A stretch of DNA of 64,000 nucleotides from an uncultured Nitrososphaerales archaeon (GCA_963713605.1 CAVQMO010000001.1:832001-896000); one strand, 5' to 3'; positions 43,474 to 59,152 are shown, numbered from the stretch's first letter. The notes: a model not told the origin generated them from the letters alone. Program-made: numbers and translations.

Positions 43474-44521
43474 TTGAATAAGATGAGAAAACCTATTCTT
43501 CTTTTGGGAGTAGGAGGTCTAGGAAGCCGGCTTGCTTCAAAGATTGCAATGAAACTAGAGTGTGCTTGTTCGATAGTTACGGATGATGAGAGGTGCGAAA
43601 CGGGCGGATATCCTACTGTTTTGATAAATACTCAGTCATGGATCAATCCGTCTGGTCGCAAACTCAGGTTTTATGCTCAAGCATCGGTGGATAGGATCAA
43701 GTCTATGGTGGCAGGCTATAACACAGTATTGATCATAGGTAATCTAGCCGGAAAAGCTGGAATCGCACTTTGCCCGACAATTTGCAACATTATCAGAAAT
43801 CATCGACCTTTTGCTTCAAATCAAATATGTGAAGACAAATTCGCTTCATCCCGGTCAACAAACGAAACGGGACAATCGATAGCAACAAACGAAATTGACG
43901 TCATTACTTTCGTTATTATGCCCTTCAAGTTTGAAAAGAGCCGAATATTTGACGCAGGAATTTCACTGCGGAGGATTCGAGAATCATCTGGTGCAGTTGT
44001 CGTCATTGACAATGATGCATTTTTGGACAACAATCCTGATTTGACAATTTCACAGTGTCATGACCTTACCAATCAAGCAATATTTGACGCTATTTCTTCA
44101 TTTTATCAAACAGAATTCAATGGTGATTTAAATTTATTAAGTGTAGGAAGACCTGATAGAGATTCGGTCTCAAGCTTCCGCGATGGATTCACTCGCCATG
44201 TTGTTGGATAGTACTGACATAGAATCCGTGAGACGTACTCTAGTCTATGTTATGGGCGGCGATAGGATTTCTGTAGGCGCGATGAATGGGCTGGTCAACA
44301 CAGTTCAGTCAATCTTTAGAAAAGATAATTTGAGCGATGTAGATTTGGTGATGTCAAGTACTGGGCGTGTTAATGTGCATCTCCTTTCCTCCATTATCTC
44401 TAGGACTAAATTCGACAGGTATGATCCGTTGTCAGAAATTATCCCTTGTAGGAATAATCTTGATTGGGAAGAATTGGATTGTTCCCCTGAATTCAGTTTA
44501 GACATCAGAGACGTTGAATAA
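43474..44521 (+). CDS. ftsZ: Divergent FtsZ/tubulin-family protein (frameshift near 44190)
   Basis: LLGVGGLGSRLA, GNLAGKAG (degenerate tubulin signature), MPFKFE, VVIDNDAFL and TNQAI. Confidence 0.75.
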
Positions 44522-44715
44522 TTTAAGCACCTCATTTTGTGCCCTTCCAATCCTTTTTCCGTTACAATGAATTCCCTTGTCTTAGAAGTATGTGATGTTT
44601 GTCTCTCCAGTAAGCCTTTGTATCTACCGAGTATTCATCATTTGAAGTTCTAGATTGCATTAAATCCTGTAGGGACGCTATTTCTAAGTCTTCTTTTAGG
44701 ACTTCACCTGATGGA

Positions 44716-44880
44716 TTAGAACACTGTCAGATTTCGGTTCGATTTGGTACCTTCTTTGTTCCTATTCGTGGGTTTTGAGAGCTCGTTATAGCAGTCGCAT
44801 CTCTCGTAAATTGACATAACCTTTCCACATCGTTCGCACAATTTGAAGATAACTTCATCGGTTTGCAGCTGGCCAGTCAT
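44716..44880 (-). CDS. Putative 54-aa Cys-rich microprotein
   Basis: Own translation: MTGQLQTDEVIFKLCERCGKVMSIYERCDCYNELSKPTNRNKEGTKSNRNLTVF. TTTTTATA element about 30 nt upstream. Confidence 0.5.
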   Translation of the reverse strand: MTGQLQTDEVIFKLCERCGKVMSIYERCDCYNELSKPTNRNKEGTKSNRNLTVF

Positions 44881-45022
44881 TAGAGCCATACATACTATGT
44901 GCCTTCAAGGTATAAAAATTTGACTTGACAGAGCCAAATCTAAAATAATAATAATGAATCTATGTATTTCACCAATATGTAACTAAATTTATATGATTTA
45001 ATATATTTCCTTACGACTATTA

Positions 45023-46382
45023 TTACTTAGTCTGTGAAAGAAGACGAGATTGAATGATTTGTTCTGTTGCATCTATCAAAAGCTCTGCATCCTTCAGAGT
45101 GTGCATAGCGGAAATTGCACCCATTTTTTGAGGTAGAAAGAACATGTTGTGTTTTGCAATTAGAGCGAAGTGATATTTTCTAAGCAATTCTCTGTCAGAT
45201 AATCCTACGTCTGACGCCGAGTTTATTTTTCGTATGTTCTTGTTGAGAAAATGGGTCATAAATAAGGAGCCAACCCCTGTTACATCCACATCGATCTTTG
45301 CGTCTGAAATACCTTTTTCAGTCCTTCTCTTACCCGATTGCCTATCTTGTTTATTTTGGGATAGATAGTCGATTTGTTCAGTTTAAGGTGTTTCAAGGTC
45401 GCTAACCCTGCTGTCATCGTCAATGGATTTGCGGCAAAGGTCCCCCCTCCAATATAACATGCAACTTCGCTCTTTTCTCTCCCAACTGGATTGCACAAAG
45501 ACATGATGTCCCTGTCACCACACAAAACCCCGATTGGTAAACCTCCTCCTACTATTTTTCCCAGAGTAAACAAGTCTGGGTCCAACTTATATTCGTCTGC
45601 TGCACCTTTAAAGGACAAGCGAAACCCAGTGACGATCTCATCAAGGATAAAGAGAGCATCATTGGTCTTTGCGAATTCCTGTAAACCATGGAGATACTCT
45701 CTTTCCGGGGTAATGCAGCCTGCACCGCCAAGTACAGGCTCCACTATTACGCATGCTAAATCATCCTGTATTGTGTTAAGAATTTTCAGGGATCTTTCCA
45801 GATCATTAAACGGAATAGACTCGACAAATTGCTCTTCATCTTGAATTAGACCTAATCCTTCGTCCAGTTCGAAGGGATAATTTACGGATTGGAGAAGATT
45901 GGTATTATATCCATGCCACCCCCCTACGATCTTTGCGACAACCCTTCTACCAGTCCTCGCCCTGGCGAGTCGAACTGCATACATAGTAGCCTCTGAACCC
46001 GTCACTAGAATAGCGAATCAGTTCGGCACGAGGCATTCCCTCCTTAATAGCGTAGGCAAGATCCAGAGCTTAATCTGTTGACAGTGCCAAATAGCGTTCC
46101 GTGACTTGCCTGATTCCTAACAGCAGAGGCAACGACTGGATGTGAATGACCCATTATGAGAGCCCAATGGCCCATCCAATAATCCGTGTAATCATTGCCA
46201 TCTACATCGTGCAAGTATTTTCCTTTCGCTGACTTCGTATAGAAAGGATAAGGGTCGAAATGTCTGATATTGTGGCTGATACCTCCCGGAAAGCACGACA
46301 AGGATTTCTTGTAAAGCTCACGGGATTTTCGAGTCTTTTTCGAATACCCTTTTTGAAATTGGGTGGCTACTGCTGGATTCAT
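45023..46382 (-). CDS. hemL: Glutamate-1-semialdehyde 2,1-aminomutase (two or more frameshifts)
   Basis: FPGGISHNIR, DVDGNDYTDY, TGSEATMYAVRLAR, ILDEIVTGFR, LGKIVGGGLP and GGTFAANP. Confidence 0.92.
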
Positions 46383-46606
46383 CGGTCGCTAACTAGATTC
46401 AGAACACTTTTTAATTGTTATCTTAGGAAAGAGAAATCCTTAAAGTTGAAGAAATCTCGAAACTCTTCAATAAGGATCTATTCAGGATGATATATGACAT
46501 ACCTAAATACACACTTACAATGCCAAACTTTTATTGACATTGATGCTGAGTATAACTGAATATCTCCTTTTTTGGTAACGTATCGAGCTGTTAAATCTCA
46601 TTTCTT

Positions 46607-46620
46607 GCGAACGTTTATAT
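46607..46620 (+). promoter_or_regulatory. Probable BRE/TATA promoter of the rRNA operon
   Basis: GCGAACG followed by TTTATAT at 46614-46620, about 230 nt upstream of the 16S gene. Confidence 0.5.
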
Positions 46621-46843
46621 GGAAATCCTGTGACAGACTTGTAGAACGTGGACTATAAGGCGGCGTCAGTGATGATCTCTCAAGTAACAATGGTCTTAGT
46701 GCCATTGAATGATTCACTGACCTCCAGTTACGCTCATATCATGGAGATTCGATGAAAATCGTATCTGACTTAGGTTACACGACCCGCACAATAACAAACA
46801 GTCCGACAGTACCTCTCATAAATTTATAATACGACATGGATCG

Positions 46844-48312
<1,469 letters not shown>

Positions 48313-48867
48313 TTAAAGTAACTGTCGGACTGGCTTGTGTAAAGGGTCGTGTAGCCAAAACAAAAAGAGATGCAATTCTCCAATAGAAAAAGGAATGTCA
48401 ATCCTTTGGGGGATGAAGGACGTAGTAGATGTGAATTTACGATGATCGTCGCGCATAGGAAAGTCAATTTAAGACAGACTCAAGACAGAAAAATAGACAA
48501 AATTATGTGGTGAAACTGAAATATAATGTATACATCAATTCTATAATCTAAACAAAGAAGATTCAAACACGAGTAATTAGCTACAATCATAATACAGTAA
48601 TGTTCGCGCAAATGTGTCTGCATTATGTATATTTGGTGGTGATCCTATCGTGTACTCTGAAAGGATAGGGTACAAAAAGATAGGTGTTAATGGCAGATAG
48701 AAGATATATGTATGTCTTGTTTATGTAGCGGTACATTCTCAATACATACATAGAAACAGATACAGAATATACAAGAAGTGTCAAATCAGATCTTTATACT
48801 CATCAGAAAGCGTTCATGCGGGTACCTAACTATCTTTACAGAAATGCGAAGGAATTAGGTGTGCAAA

Positions 48868-51830
<2,963 letters not shown>

Positions 51831-52476
51831 CAACCTTCGACTTTCTGAGAAAAGAAAGTTAACAAAACTTGTATCCGACTGAGCAAACTGATGTATGAGA
51901 ACAAATGATAAAGAGTGAATTGGCGCGGAGATGTATGTGCTGGTGCATGTATGTTCGTAATGCATGGACACATCTTCTTCTTTGCCGTTATCAGCATCTT
52001 TGTTGTCCAAGATACAAGGTTGGCCTTTGTTCATCAATATCCCTTCAGAGGAATCGATAGATTGCAACCGTAAGAATTCACCAAACTAAGTAGTGCATGC
52101 ACTGCGTAAAGAACACTGTATTGGCTATGTGACTATAGCACTTGTGAATGAATGACTGAAAAGAGTCTGTTTTAGATTGAACTTTGCGTATCCGCAGTTT
52201 TCCTATGCGCGACGGTGAATTTTTTCAGTTAATCCTGCAATAGAAGTAGTTTGTAATTGAAATAGTTGGATATTGTAAGTTGTATCTTAATTCGCATTGG
52301 TTTTTGTTTCTAATTCGTGCCAAGATGAAATCACAAGTTGTTTGAACGCTACAATTATTTAGGGGAGTGTTAAATTTGCTGATCTGTTGTGTTTGTTCTT
52401 AAGTTGTGTTATGCCTACAACTCTCGCTAATAGTACTAGTGAACTTTTAGTTGAGGATTTGCGTTTGTCTTCGTTA

Positions 52477-52503
52477 TCATCATCATCATCATCATCATCA
52501 TCA
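52477..52503. repeat. (TCA)9 trinucleotide microsatellite
   Basis: Nine perfect TCA units read directly from the sequence. Confidence 0.9.
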
Positions 52504-52643
52504 TCTTTATCGTTGCCTTCGGTATTTCCGGTGCTTAGTCAAAGAGTTTATGAGAATTCAGGTGCTTCTCTACTTCTGACGATCCTTTTTGGCAGCAGTG
52601 TTTGTGGTTGCGGTTTTACTTGCGGATTGGGGCTTGAAGATCT

Positions 52644-53975
52644 TTGACACAGGTCCAGAACGAAGCGCGCATGGCTAAGATGAATGGTGCTGGTACTCAT
52701 AATAATGACGCTACTCTAAATGCCAATGCTAATGGTCTTGGAAAAAAGACGAAAACTAAAACAAGTTCGACGAAATTACAATTAAAGATCTCTCGCGATC
52801 CTTCTTCTAAGAATCAGGAAATTTATTTTGAATCCGTACCTTCAGTCATATGCCTCTCTCACAAAGAGGATGTTGATGGTCTTTCTTCCGCAGCCCTTGT
52901 CAAATCTGCATTCAAGGGCTGCTATGTGATCTTACTTGATTACGCTAATCTCATCAGACATCTTAAAAGACTGTCTTTTTTGATATCATCGTCAACAGGA
53001 ACGGAAGAGATTCGTTCTGAATCTTTGAGTACTGAGGGCTCTGTAACGACTACTGTTAGTCGCTATGGCGACAGTAACAGCAACAATAACAGCAACAACA
53101 ACAACAATGTTCGTAAAGTTAAGGCTAGTACTACAAAGAAGTCGAGAAGAAACAAAAAACTGATAATCTGTGATCTTGGCCTTAACAAGAAAAACGAATC
53201 TGCATTCATACAAATTCTTGATGAAATAGCTTCAAATGGCTACAATGTAGAATACATAGACCATCATGATGTAAGTGAAGAAATAAAGGCTGAATTGCGA
53301 AAAGTTGGAGTTACTCTTGTTCATTCTACCGATGAATGCACAAGCGTACAGGTTTACCAACGTTACAAGAAAAAGCTCAACTCGTATTCTTCATTCTATG
53401 CTGCTGCGGGGGCGCTGACTGATTATCTGGAACAGAGACCTATTGCTTCTATGCTCGTATCCAGATTTGATAGACATTTTCTTATGCTTGAATCTACGGC
53501 CCTTTCCTACATGATTTCCTCTAACCAACATGACGAGAAATTTCTGCTGAAAATTGTCGATTCTATCACTATGAACAAATTTCCACATGACATAGAGGGA
53601 GGCTTCATGATGGCTGAAAAATATGCAATTAGAGTATCTGAGGCTGTAAAATCTTTGGAGGGTTCGATAATTCGAAAGGACAAGTTGGCGTATGTTCGAA
53701 ATAATCTAGATCTTACTGCAAGTGTAATAGTAAATTTTGTACTTGGTATTTCGGGCCGCCCAGTAGCACTGGTTTACAAGCCTCGGGACGACATCAATTC
53801 CTTTGTCATTTCAATTAGAGGCTCAAAGGAATGTGAAGCTCATCTGGGGAGGCTTGTAAATGAAATCGCCGCTAATATTGGAGGGAGTGGCGGAGGACAT
53901 GATAAAGCCTCTGGAGCAGTTATTCCAAAAGAACGCATGAATGAATTTATTTCCGAACTAGATAAGCAAATATGA
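52644..53975 (+). CDS. DHH/DHHA1-family phosphoesterase with low-complexity insertions
   Basis: SHKEDVDG, ICDLG, YIDHH and C-terminal SIRG..GGGHDKASG. Confidence 0.88.
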   Translation: MTQVQNEARMAKMNGAGTHNNDATLNANANGLGKKTKTKTSSTKLQLKISRDPSSKNQEIYFESVPSVICLSHKEDVDGLSSAALVKSAFKGCYVILLDYANLIRHLKRLSFLISSSTGTEEIRSESLSTEGSVTTTVSRYGDSNSNNNSNNNNNVRKVKASTTKKSRRNKKLIICDLGLNKKNESAFIQILDEIASNGYNVEYIDHHDVSEEIKAELRKVGVTLVHSTDECTSVQVYQRYKKKLNSYSSFYAAAGALTDYLEQRPIASMLVSRFDRHFLMLESTALSYMISSNQHDEKFLLKIVDSITMNKFPHDIEGGFMMAEKYAIRVSEAVKSLEGSIIRKDKLAYVRNNLDLTASVIVNFVLGISGRPVALVYKPRDDINSFVISIRGSKECEAHLGRLVNEIAANIGGSGGGHDKASGAVIPKERMNEFISELDKQI

Positions 53976-54104
53976 ATAGTGAGTTTAGAGGCTCCTCATT
54001 TTGCTTTTGCTCTACACGTTTTGTTCGGCTCGGCCGAATTAGCCCAGATGCATTCTCCTTGGTCACCAAAAAAACAATATACATTACTTTAACATTCAGA
54101 TGAT

Positions 54105-54317
54105 TTGGAGTGTGGGTTAGATTTGCCAGTCATTCAAATAACGTTGAGCAAAGGTAGAACAGTCGAGCAGAAGCGAGAACTTGTCCAAATAATTACAGAA
54201 GAGTCTGCGCGTATTCTTAAAACAAAAAATGAGAATATCAGGATTCTGATCTATGAGGTAGAAGGAGAAAATTGGTCAAATGCGGGTATTCTGGGCTTGG
54301 ATATGAAAGACCGATAA
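54105..54317 (+). CDS. 4-oxalocrotonate tautomerase family (true start likely TTG at 54123, giving an N-terminal Pro)
   Basis: PVIQITLSKGRTVEQKRELV..NIRILIYEV..NWSNAG. Confidence 0.88.
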   Translation: MECGLDLPVIQITLSKGRTVEQKRELVQIITEESARILKTKNENIRILIYEVEGENWSNAGILGLDMKDR

Positions 54318-54389
54318 ATTTGGTGATACTGTGCAATTAATACCACATTAAAGTAACGATTTTAAAATGTCTGACCTTTGGCGGGCAGG

Positions 54390-55379
54390 TTAATGCATAT
54401 GTCTGTGGATTCCTATTGATATCCATCCCTCTCGTCTAAAATACCAAAGCAGAAGAACTGTGCTTGTGACTGCGCCTATTAGCAGTATCACGAGAGTAGT
54501 GTAATTTCCAAATATTGCCAATGCGGGATTGTTATTGTCTCCAGGTAAAGGTAGGTTCATTCCGTAGAAAGTGCTTATTATAGTCACGGGAATTGAAAGC
54601 GTAAAGAGAATGGTTAGTATAGATAAAATTCTGTTTGATTTTTCTGAGCTCAACATAAAATCTGTGTCTTTGTATATTTCGATAGTCTCTTTTGATTCAT
54701 CTAGTGTCTCTAAAACCTTTTCTATGTGATCCTTAACATCATAAAAGTATGGAGTCAGGTCCTCTTTGGAAAAGCGCTGAACATCTCGAGCCAGGTCCAT
54801 TACAATTCGTCTCATAGGAATGATAAGACGTCTTAATATGGTAATTTCTCTTCTCAAAATCGAAATTTCCCTTGCTTCTGACATTTTTTCATTGAATACG
54901 CCTTCTTCAATATCGTCTATATTGCCGACGATCTTCATCAGTACGTGAAATAAATCGTCTACCAAGGTATCTATGATTGTATGAAGCAGGTAGCCAGGCT
55001 CCTTGCCCATTAGATTCTCTTTCTGGTTTGGATTCTCCTGACACATCTTGAAAAGGTCCAATAAAGGTTCGAGCTCACCTTGGTGGACGGTTACGAGGAA
55101 ATTGGCTCCCAGAAACATTGATAACTGACTGACTCTAGGGACATGCTTCTCTTTGCCCCTTGATGGGAAGTGAATTATGACAAAAATATAATTGCTATGT
55201 CTTTCGACCTTTGGAAGCTGAATCTTCGAAAGGGAATCCTCCAAATTCAGGTCATGAAAAGAGTAAAGCCTACCAAGCGCATCCATCTCTCGCCTTGTTG
55301 GCCTTGGGAGATCGATCCACTTAAATCCATCGCTTTCCACCGTGCGCAACGATTTCATGAAATCTGTCTCCATCTTCAA
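54390..55379 (-). CDS. corA: CorA-family Mg/Co transporter
   Basis: WIDL, QLPKVE and C-terminal TM helices with YGMN. Confidence 0.93.
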   Translation of the reverse strand: MKMETDFMKSLRTVESDGFKWIDLPRPTRREMDALGRLYSFHDLNLEDSLSKIQLPKVERHSNYIFVIIHFPSRGKEKHVPRVSQLSMFLGANFLVTVHQGELEPLLDLFKMCQENPNQKENLMGKEPGYLLHTIIDTLVDDLFHVLMKIVGNIDDIEEGVFNEKMSEAREISILRREITILRRLIIPMRRIVMDLARDVQRFSKEDLTPYFYDVKDHIEKVLETLDESKETIEIYKDTDFMLSSEKSNRILSILTILFTLSIPVTIISTFYGMNLPLPGDNNNPALAIFGNYTTLVILLIGAVTSTVLLLWYFRREGWISIGIHRHMH

Positions 55380-55699
55380 TCACGCCAAGTAAGTTTCCCA
55401 TAATTTAGTCTTATAATCTATTGCATTTTGGTAAGTATACTTGTCACAAAAGTAAATTGACTGCATAGGTATTCTATATCTAGGCCAGTTATAGTTATAC
55501 TCTAAAATAGTACATCCAATTCGCTTTGAAGGCATGACTCAGGTTGAGGAGATATCATATTACCAATCATTACCTGAAAGCAAAACGTCGCCAAAGACTC
55601 ATTTATTTATATGCGCTCACAAGTTATTATTATTGTAAATTGTCGATTCGGAAGCAAAGCCCTTTCTATGATAGAGAATCGGAAAAATTGTTTCCTGAG

Positions 55700-56050
55700 A
55701 TGCCAGATTCTGCTTCTGCAATCGCAAAGGTTTTTCTAAATATTGAACAATTTGATATTGGACAAAGCTACGTAACTGCTAAAATTGTCAACAAGTATGG
55801 TGATAAAGTGGGGCTTAATATTCAGGGGGGGAGACCTGGAATCGAACTACAAGAAAGCCTGTTTAGATTGCAAGGTAAGCAAACTCCAAAACATGTCTTT
55901 GTACTTGTGAAGGTTAAAGATAGTGGAAATCTACTAGTGCGGAAATTGCCAGTAGTGGGTATCAAGGATTGGCTTTTAATTTATGAAGACACCTTATTTT
56001 TACTCGCAGTTAAAGATAGGTACGATGAAATCGAATTCAGGGTTATCTGA
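55700..56050 (+). CDS. Hypothetical protein
   Basis: C-terminal part of the 168-aa ORF, from ATG 55700 (MPDSASAIAKVF...); globular composition. Confidence 0.55.
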   Translation: MPDSASAIAKVFLNIEQFDIGQSYVTAKIVNKYGDKVGLNIQGGRPGIELQESLFRLQGKQTPKHVFVLVKVKDSGNLLVRKLPVVGIKDWLLIYEDTLFLLAVKDRYDEIEFRVI

Positions 56051-56576
56051 TTGCTGATAAGGATACGGGCATAAGAAAATTACGGAAATTAATAATAGCA
56101 CCGTTATGACGCCTGCAAAATATCGGGAACTCAAAAGAATTTGCACATGATATTAGCCAGCTAGCCCGCCTACCAAAGACCCCGTACGTATATTTTTCAT
56201 AAACACAAAATAACTAAAACGATCCATACAAGGCCTTGAATTAAATAAGCGCCTAGCGCAGTCCAGTTTTCACCTTACCTGCACTAGGCATGTTCCCCAT
56301 CGGTTTGGTCGATGTACCTCTACCTAAAGCCTATGCTAATTTAAATGTGACTGGGCCGGTGATTCTATCACGTTTTCTCTTGTTTTTTTCTAATCTGGAT
56401 ATTTCCAGTCTGATGGAGAGTCATCATTCTAGAGCGACCCGAATGATGATATTTGCTTTTGTATCTGAATTAAGTCAATTCAAAGTAGGACACGAATGTT
56501 TATTGAATTAAAAATACAGTTCATGTCCACATCTTGTAAATCCCGTATTTTCAAGAAAAGGTAGCATTTAATAAAC

Positions 56577-56907
56577 ATGACATTGCATACAATTCAGTTG
56601 AGCAATAACAGGGACTTTCTGTCGCAACAATTAATGTGGATAGGAATATCTCTAGTAATAAGCCTCGCCATCTCATTCATAGTTCCATTTCCGGTACTCG
56701 CTTCCAATCATTATCGGAGTCTTCATACTTCTCAGCTTTTACGTAAGGAAACGAGCCATGAAAAGGATGGGGATGTCTGGTACATCAATGTTTGGCGGGT
56801 ACAATTCAGGGTCCTCTCTTAGTTATTATTGTATGAATTGTGGAACAAAGCACAACCAAGTTGCTTGCCCCAAATGTGGTTCCAAGATGAAACGTGTCGG
56901 GTCTTAA
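56577..56907 (+). CDS. Two-TM protein with C-terminal zinc ribbon (frameshift near 56695)
   Basis: WIGISLVISLAISFIVPFP / YSLPIIIGVFILLSFYVRKR...YYCMNCGTKHNQVACPKCGSKMKRVGS. Confidence 0.75.
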
Positions 56908-57125
56908 ACAGGATGTAAACCTAGATCAACTATCTTGATTTTATTGTGTTATTGCTGAGTCAATTATTAACCTAGCAATATCAGGTACTCTGATTAGTAT
57001 ATTTCCTTAAAATTGTTGATCAGTTGGTAATTTGCGGAGAAATTTCTGTTAGACTGTTAGGAAACAGTTCTGACCTAGATTCTCTAAAGAATGTTTTAGG
57101 TTGCATTCTTAGACACTGCTGAAAT

Positions 57126-57536
57126 ATGACATATGTAAGCTTGTCTTTAGGGACTCAGAATTTGGGTGAATTTAAGTCAGTATTAGATGTATTGTTCGTA
57201 TTCACAGTTCTGGCACTTGCATTTTATGCAGGCATCTTTTTGCTGGCTGGACCTGCTAATGAAGATGGCGCTCTAGCACATCCTAAGGATAGCGTTCTTC
57301 CGTTATTGTATGATGATGATGATGATGATGATTATTTAGCACAAAGTTCAGATTTCAAGTTAGATGGCGAGGGCATAGCTGGAGTCGTTCCCGTATCCAG
57401 CGGCAGCAGATACGGTTATTCTGGTTCAACGGGTATTTCGGTCCAGCAAAATGTGACTCAGCAGAATGTATGCAGCTCCAATACCGCATATTGTTATAAT
57501 GAGGTTGACAATGACTTCAATGTTAATCCCCCGTAG
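57126..57536 (+). CDS. Hypothetical exported/membrane-anchored protein with poly-Asp tract
   Basis: Hydrophobic N-terminal helix, (GAT)7 encoding D7, and C-terminal QQNVTQQNVC..C motif. Confidence 0.55.
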   Translation: MTYVSLSLGTQNLGEFKSVLDVLFVFTVLALAFYAGIFLLAGPANEDGALAHPKDSVLPLLYDDDDDDDYLAQSSDFKLDGEGIAGVVPVSSGSRYGYSGSTGISVQQNVTQQNVCSSNTAYCYNEVDNDFNVNPP

Positions 57537-57775
57537 GTATCGTTTGAATATCTAAAAGCAGTTTTTAGTGTTTGTTGATATTAGTAAAGAAGAACGGTCT
57601 CAAATAAGAGTTGGGATAATTAAATCTAGTATAACAAGAGAATACTAATATCCAGGCTGAGGACCACTTCCAAATATTGTATTATTTACCTTCTTTTATT
57701 CCAAAATCCAGTAAAGCAATCGAATAGTTTATATACTACCGCGTTGCCAATGTATAGTAACGGTTAAATAGAAAA

Positions 57776-58051
57776 ATGGTCAATACCATAAATATGAAAC
57801 AGGTCCAACTACTAAGGATCTTGGTTAAGGAGAGGGCAATAGTTAGACTGTTGAAAACAATAGGAAACTCTGATTACCCAACAAGAGAACTGCTTAATAA
57901 GCTGGGCGCATACGGATATGGACATAAGCTATTGGTAAGAGCTGAAAAGATCGGTCTTGTTCAGAGAAAGGTTGAGAAGAACAGGGTTTACAACAAGCTC
58001 ACCAACGACGGTAAAAAGGTAGTCAAGCTCGCAAAACAAATTGGAGTCTAA
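57776..58051 (+). CDS. Small basic winged-helix DNA-binding protein
   Basis: LLVRAEKIGLVQRK..RVYNKLTNDGKKV is a typical wHTH wing; TATA-like TTTATATA upstream. Confidence 0.7.
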   Translation: MVNTINMKQVQLLRILVKERAIVRLLKTIGNSDYPTRELLNKLGAYGYGHKLLVRAEKIGLVQRKVEKNRVYNKLTNDGKKVVKLAKQIGV

Positions 58052-58306
58052 TCTAGGCTAGCTTTACGTCACTTACCCTAGAAGGACGTCCGAATAGTTC
58101 TTCAACTTGGAACCAAAAGCGAACTGAGATTCCCCTGTTTTTATTTTAATAGCAAATTTCGTAATTTATTATCTTTATTAGTTAATTAATTGCATCTCCT
58201 TCTCACGAAGTTAAGTCTGGTGCGCAGTTTTCTTTTTGTATCCTCGCGATTTAGGAGTGGCCACCTTGGCCGTCGATGGATACTGAAACAGGGTAGGAGG
58301 CCTTAT

Positions 58307-58993
58307 CTAATGCTGAGTCCTAAAGCCCGAAGCAAGTTCGTGAATCTTGTCATACCATGACTCGGCTTTTATAATTCCACTGGCTACAAGGATGCCTTTG
58401 GCGCCTAATCTTAGTGCACTTTCAACGTCCGCTTTATCAACGATGCCCGCACCACAAATCACCTTACTACTATTTGACCTTTCTTCGACTGAAGATATAG
58501 ACTTTGTAACAATAAATGGGTTTTCTTTAGACACAGCTTTCCCAGAGCCAATCAGCTCTGGTGGCTCGATGGCTATAAAATCAGGGTTGAAGTTAGCAAC
58601 TGTTCCTGCTTCCTCCGGCGTCCTGACGCAGACTATCGAGACCATTTGGAGGTTTTTTAAGATGCTGATCACCTCTCTGATAGAGTCGGTACTGTCGAAC
58701 CTATGTTCACTGTGATTTACTAGTGAACCGACAGCACCATATGATTTGACAATTTCAGGAACTAGAAAGCCAGTCGTTGATCCAGGTTTTGAAAAGTCGA
58801 CGTGTTGACCAATAACGGGAGTCTTTACTGCCGCACAGACCTGACTTAGTGACGGGGGAGGAGGGGCAATAATGATATCAACCCCTGTATCGTCACTGAC
58901 CTGTTCCGATACTTTTGACAGTTCTATACTCTTTTCTCCTGCTATCTCAAGATAGTTCTTAAAATTGATAATAAGCGGTGAATTAAAATTCAA
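58307..58993 (-). CDS. tpiA: Triosephosphate isomerase (archaeal type)
   Basis: INFKNY, NHSEHR, AIEPPELIGSG and CGAGI. Confidence 0.96.
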   Translation of the reverse strand: MNFNSPLIINFKNYLEIAGEKSIELSKVSEQVSDDTGVDIIIAPPPPSLSQVCAAVKTPVIGQHVDFSKPGSTTGFLVPEIVKSYGAVGSLVNHSEHRFDSTDSIREVISILKNLQMVSIVCVRTPEEAGTVANFNPDFIAIEPPELIGSGKAVSKENPFIVTKSISSVEERSNSSKVICGAGIVDKADVESALRLGAKGILVASGIIKAESWYDKIHELASGFRTQH

Positions 58994-59152
58994 TTCTTTA
59001 CTCTTAAAGGAACACCAAACATTCTGAATGTATCATTCCTATGCTGTCGACAAGTGGAGTAGCTTATCCCAAAGGAAGGTGAAGCCTTTTGTTGTGTTAT
59101 CATACATCTTCTAAATAGTATCTATATTCATTCATTCATTCGTCTTTGTCGA

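Noticed and set aside
2366..46382. Programmed ribosomal frameshifting or mass pseudogenisation as the cause of split genes
   Set aside because: Breaks are scattered through unrelated essential genes with no shared slippery motif; sequencing indels are more parsimonious.
48313..48867. tRNA-Ala in the 16S-23S spacer
   Set aside because: No cloverleaf or TTCRA T-loop pattern seen; tRNA-less spacers are normal for this lineage.
52387..52647. 86-aa poly-Ser ORF
   Set aside because: The open frame is explained by the (TCA)9 microsatellite and low-complexity sequence; no other coding evidence.
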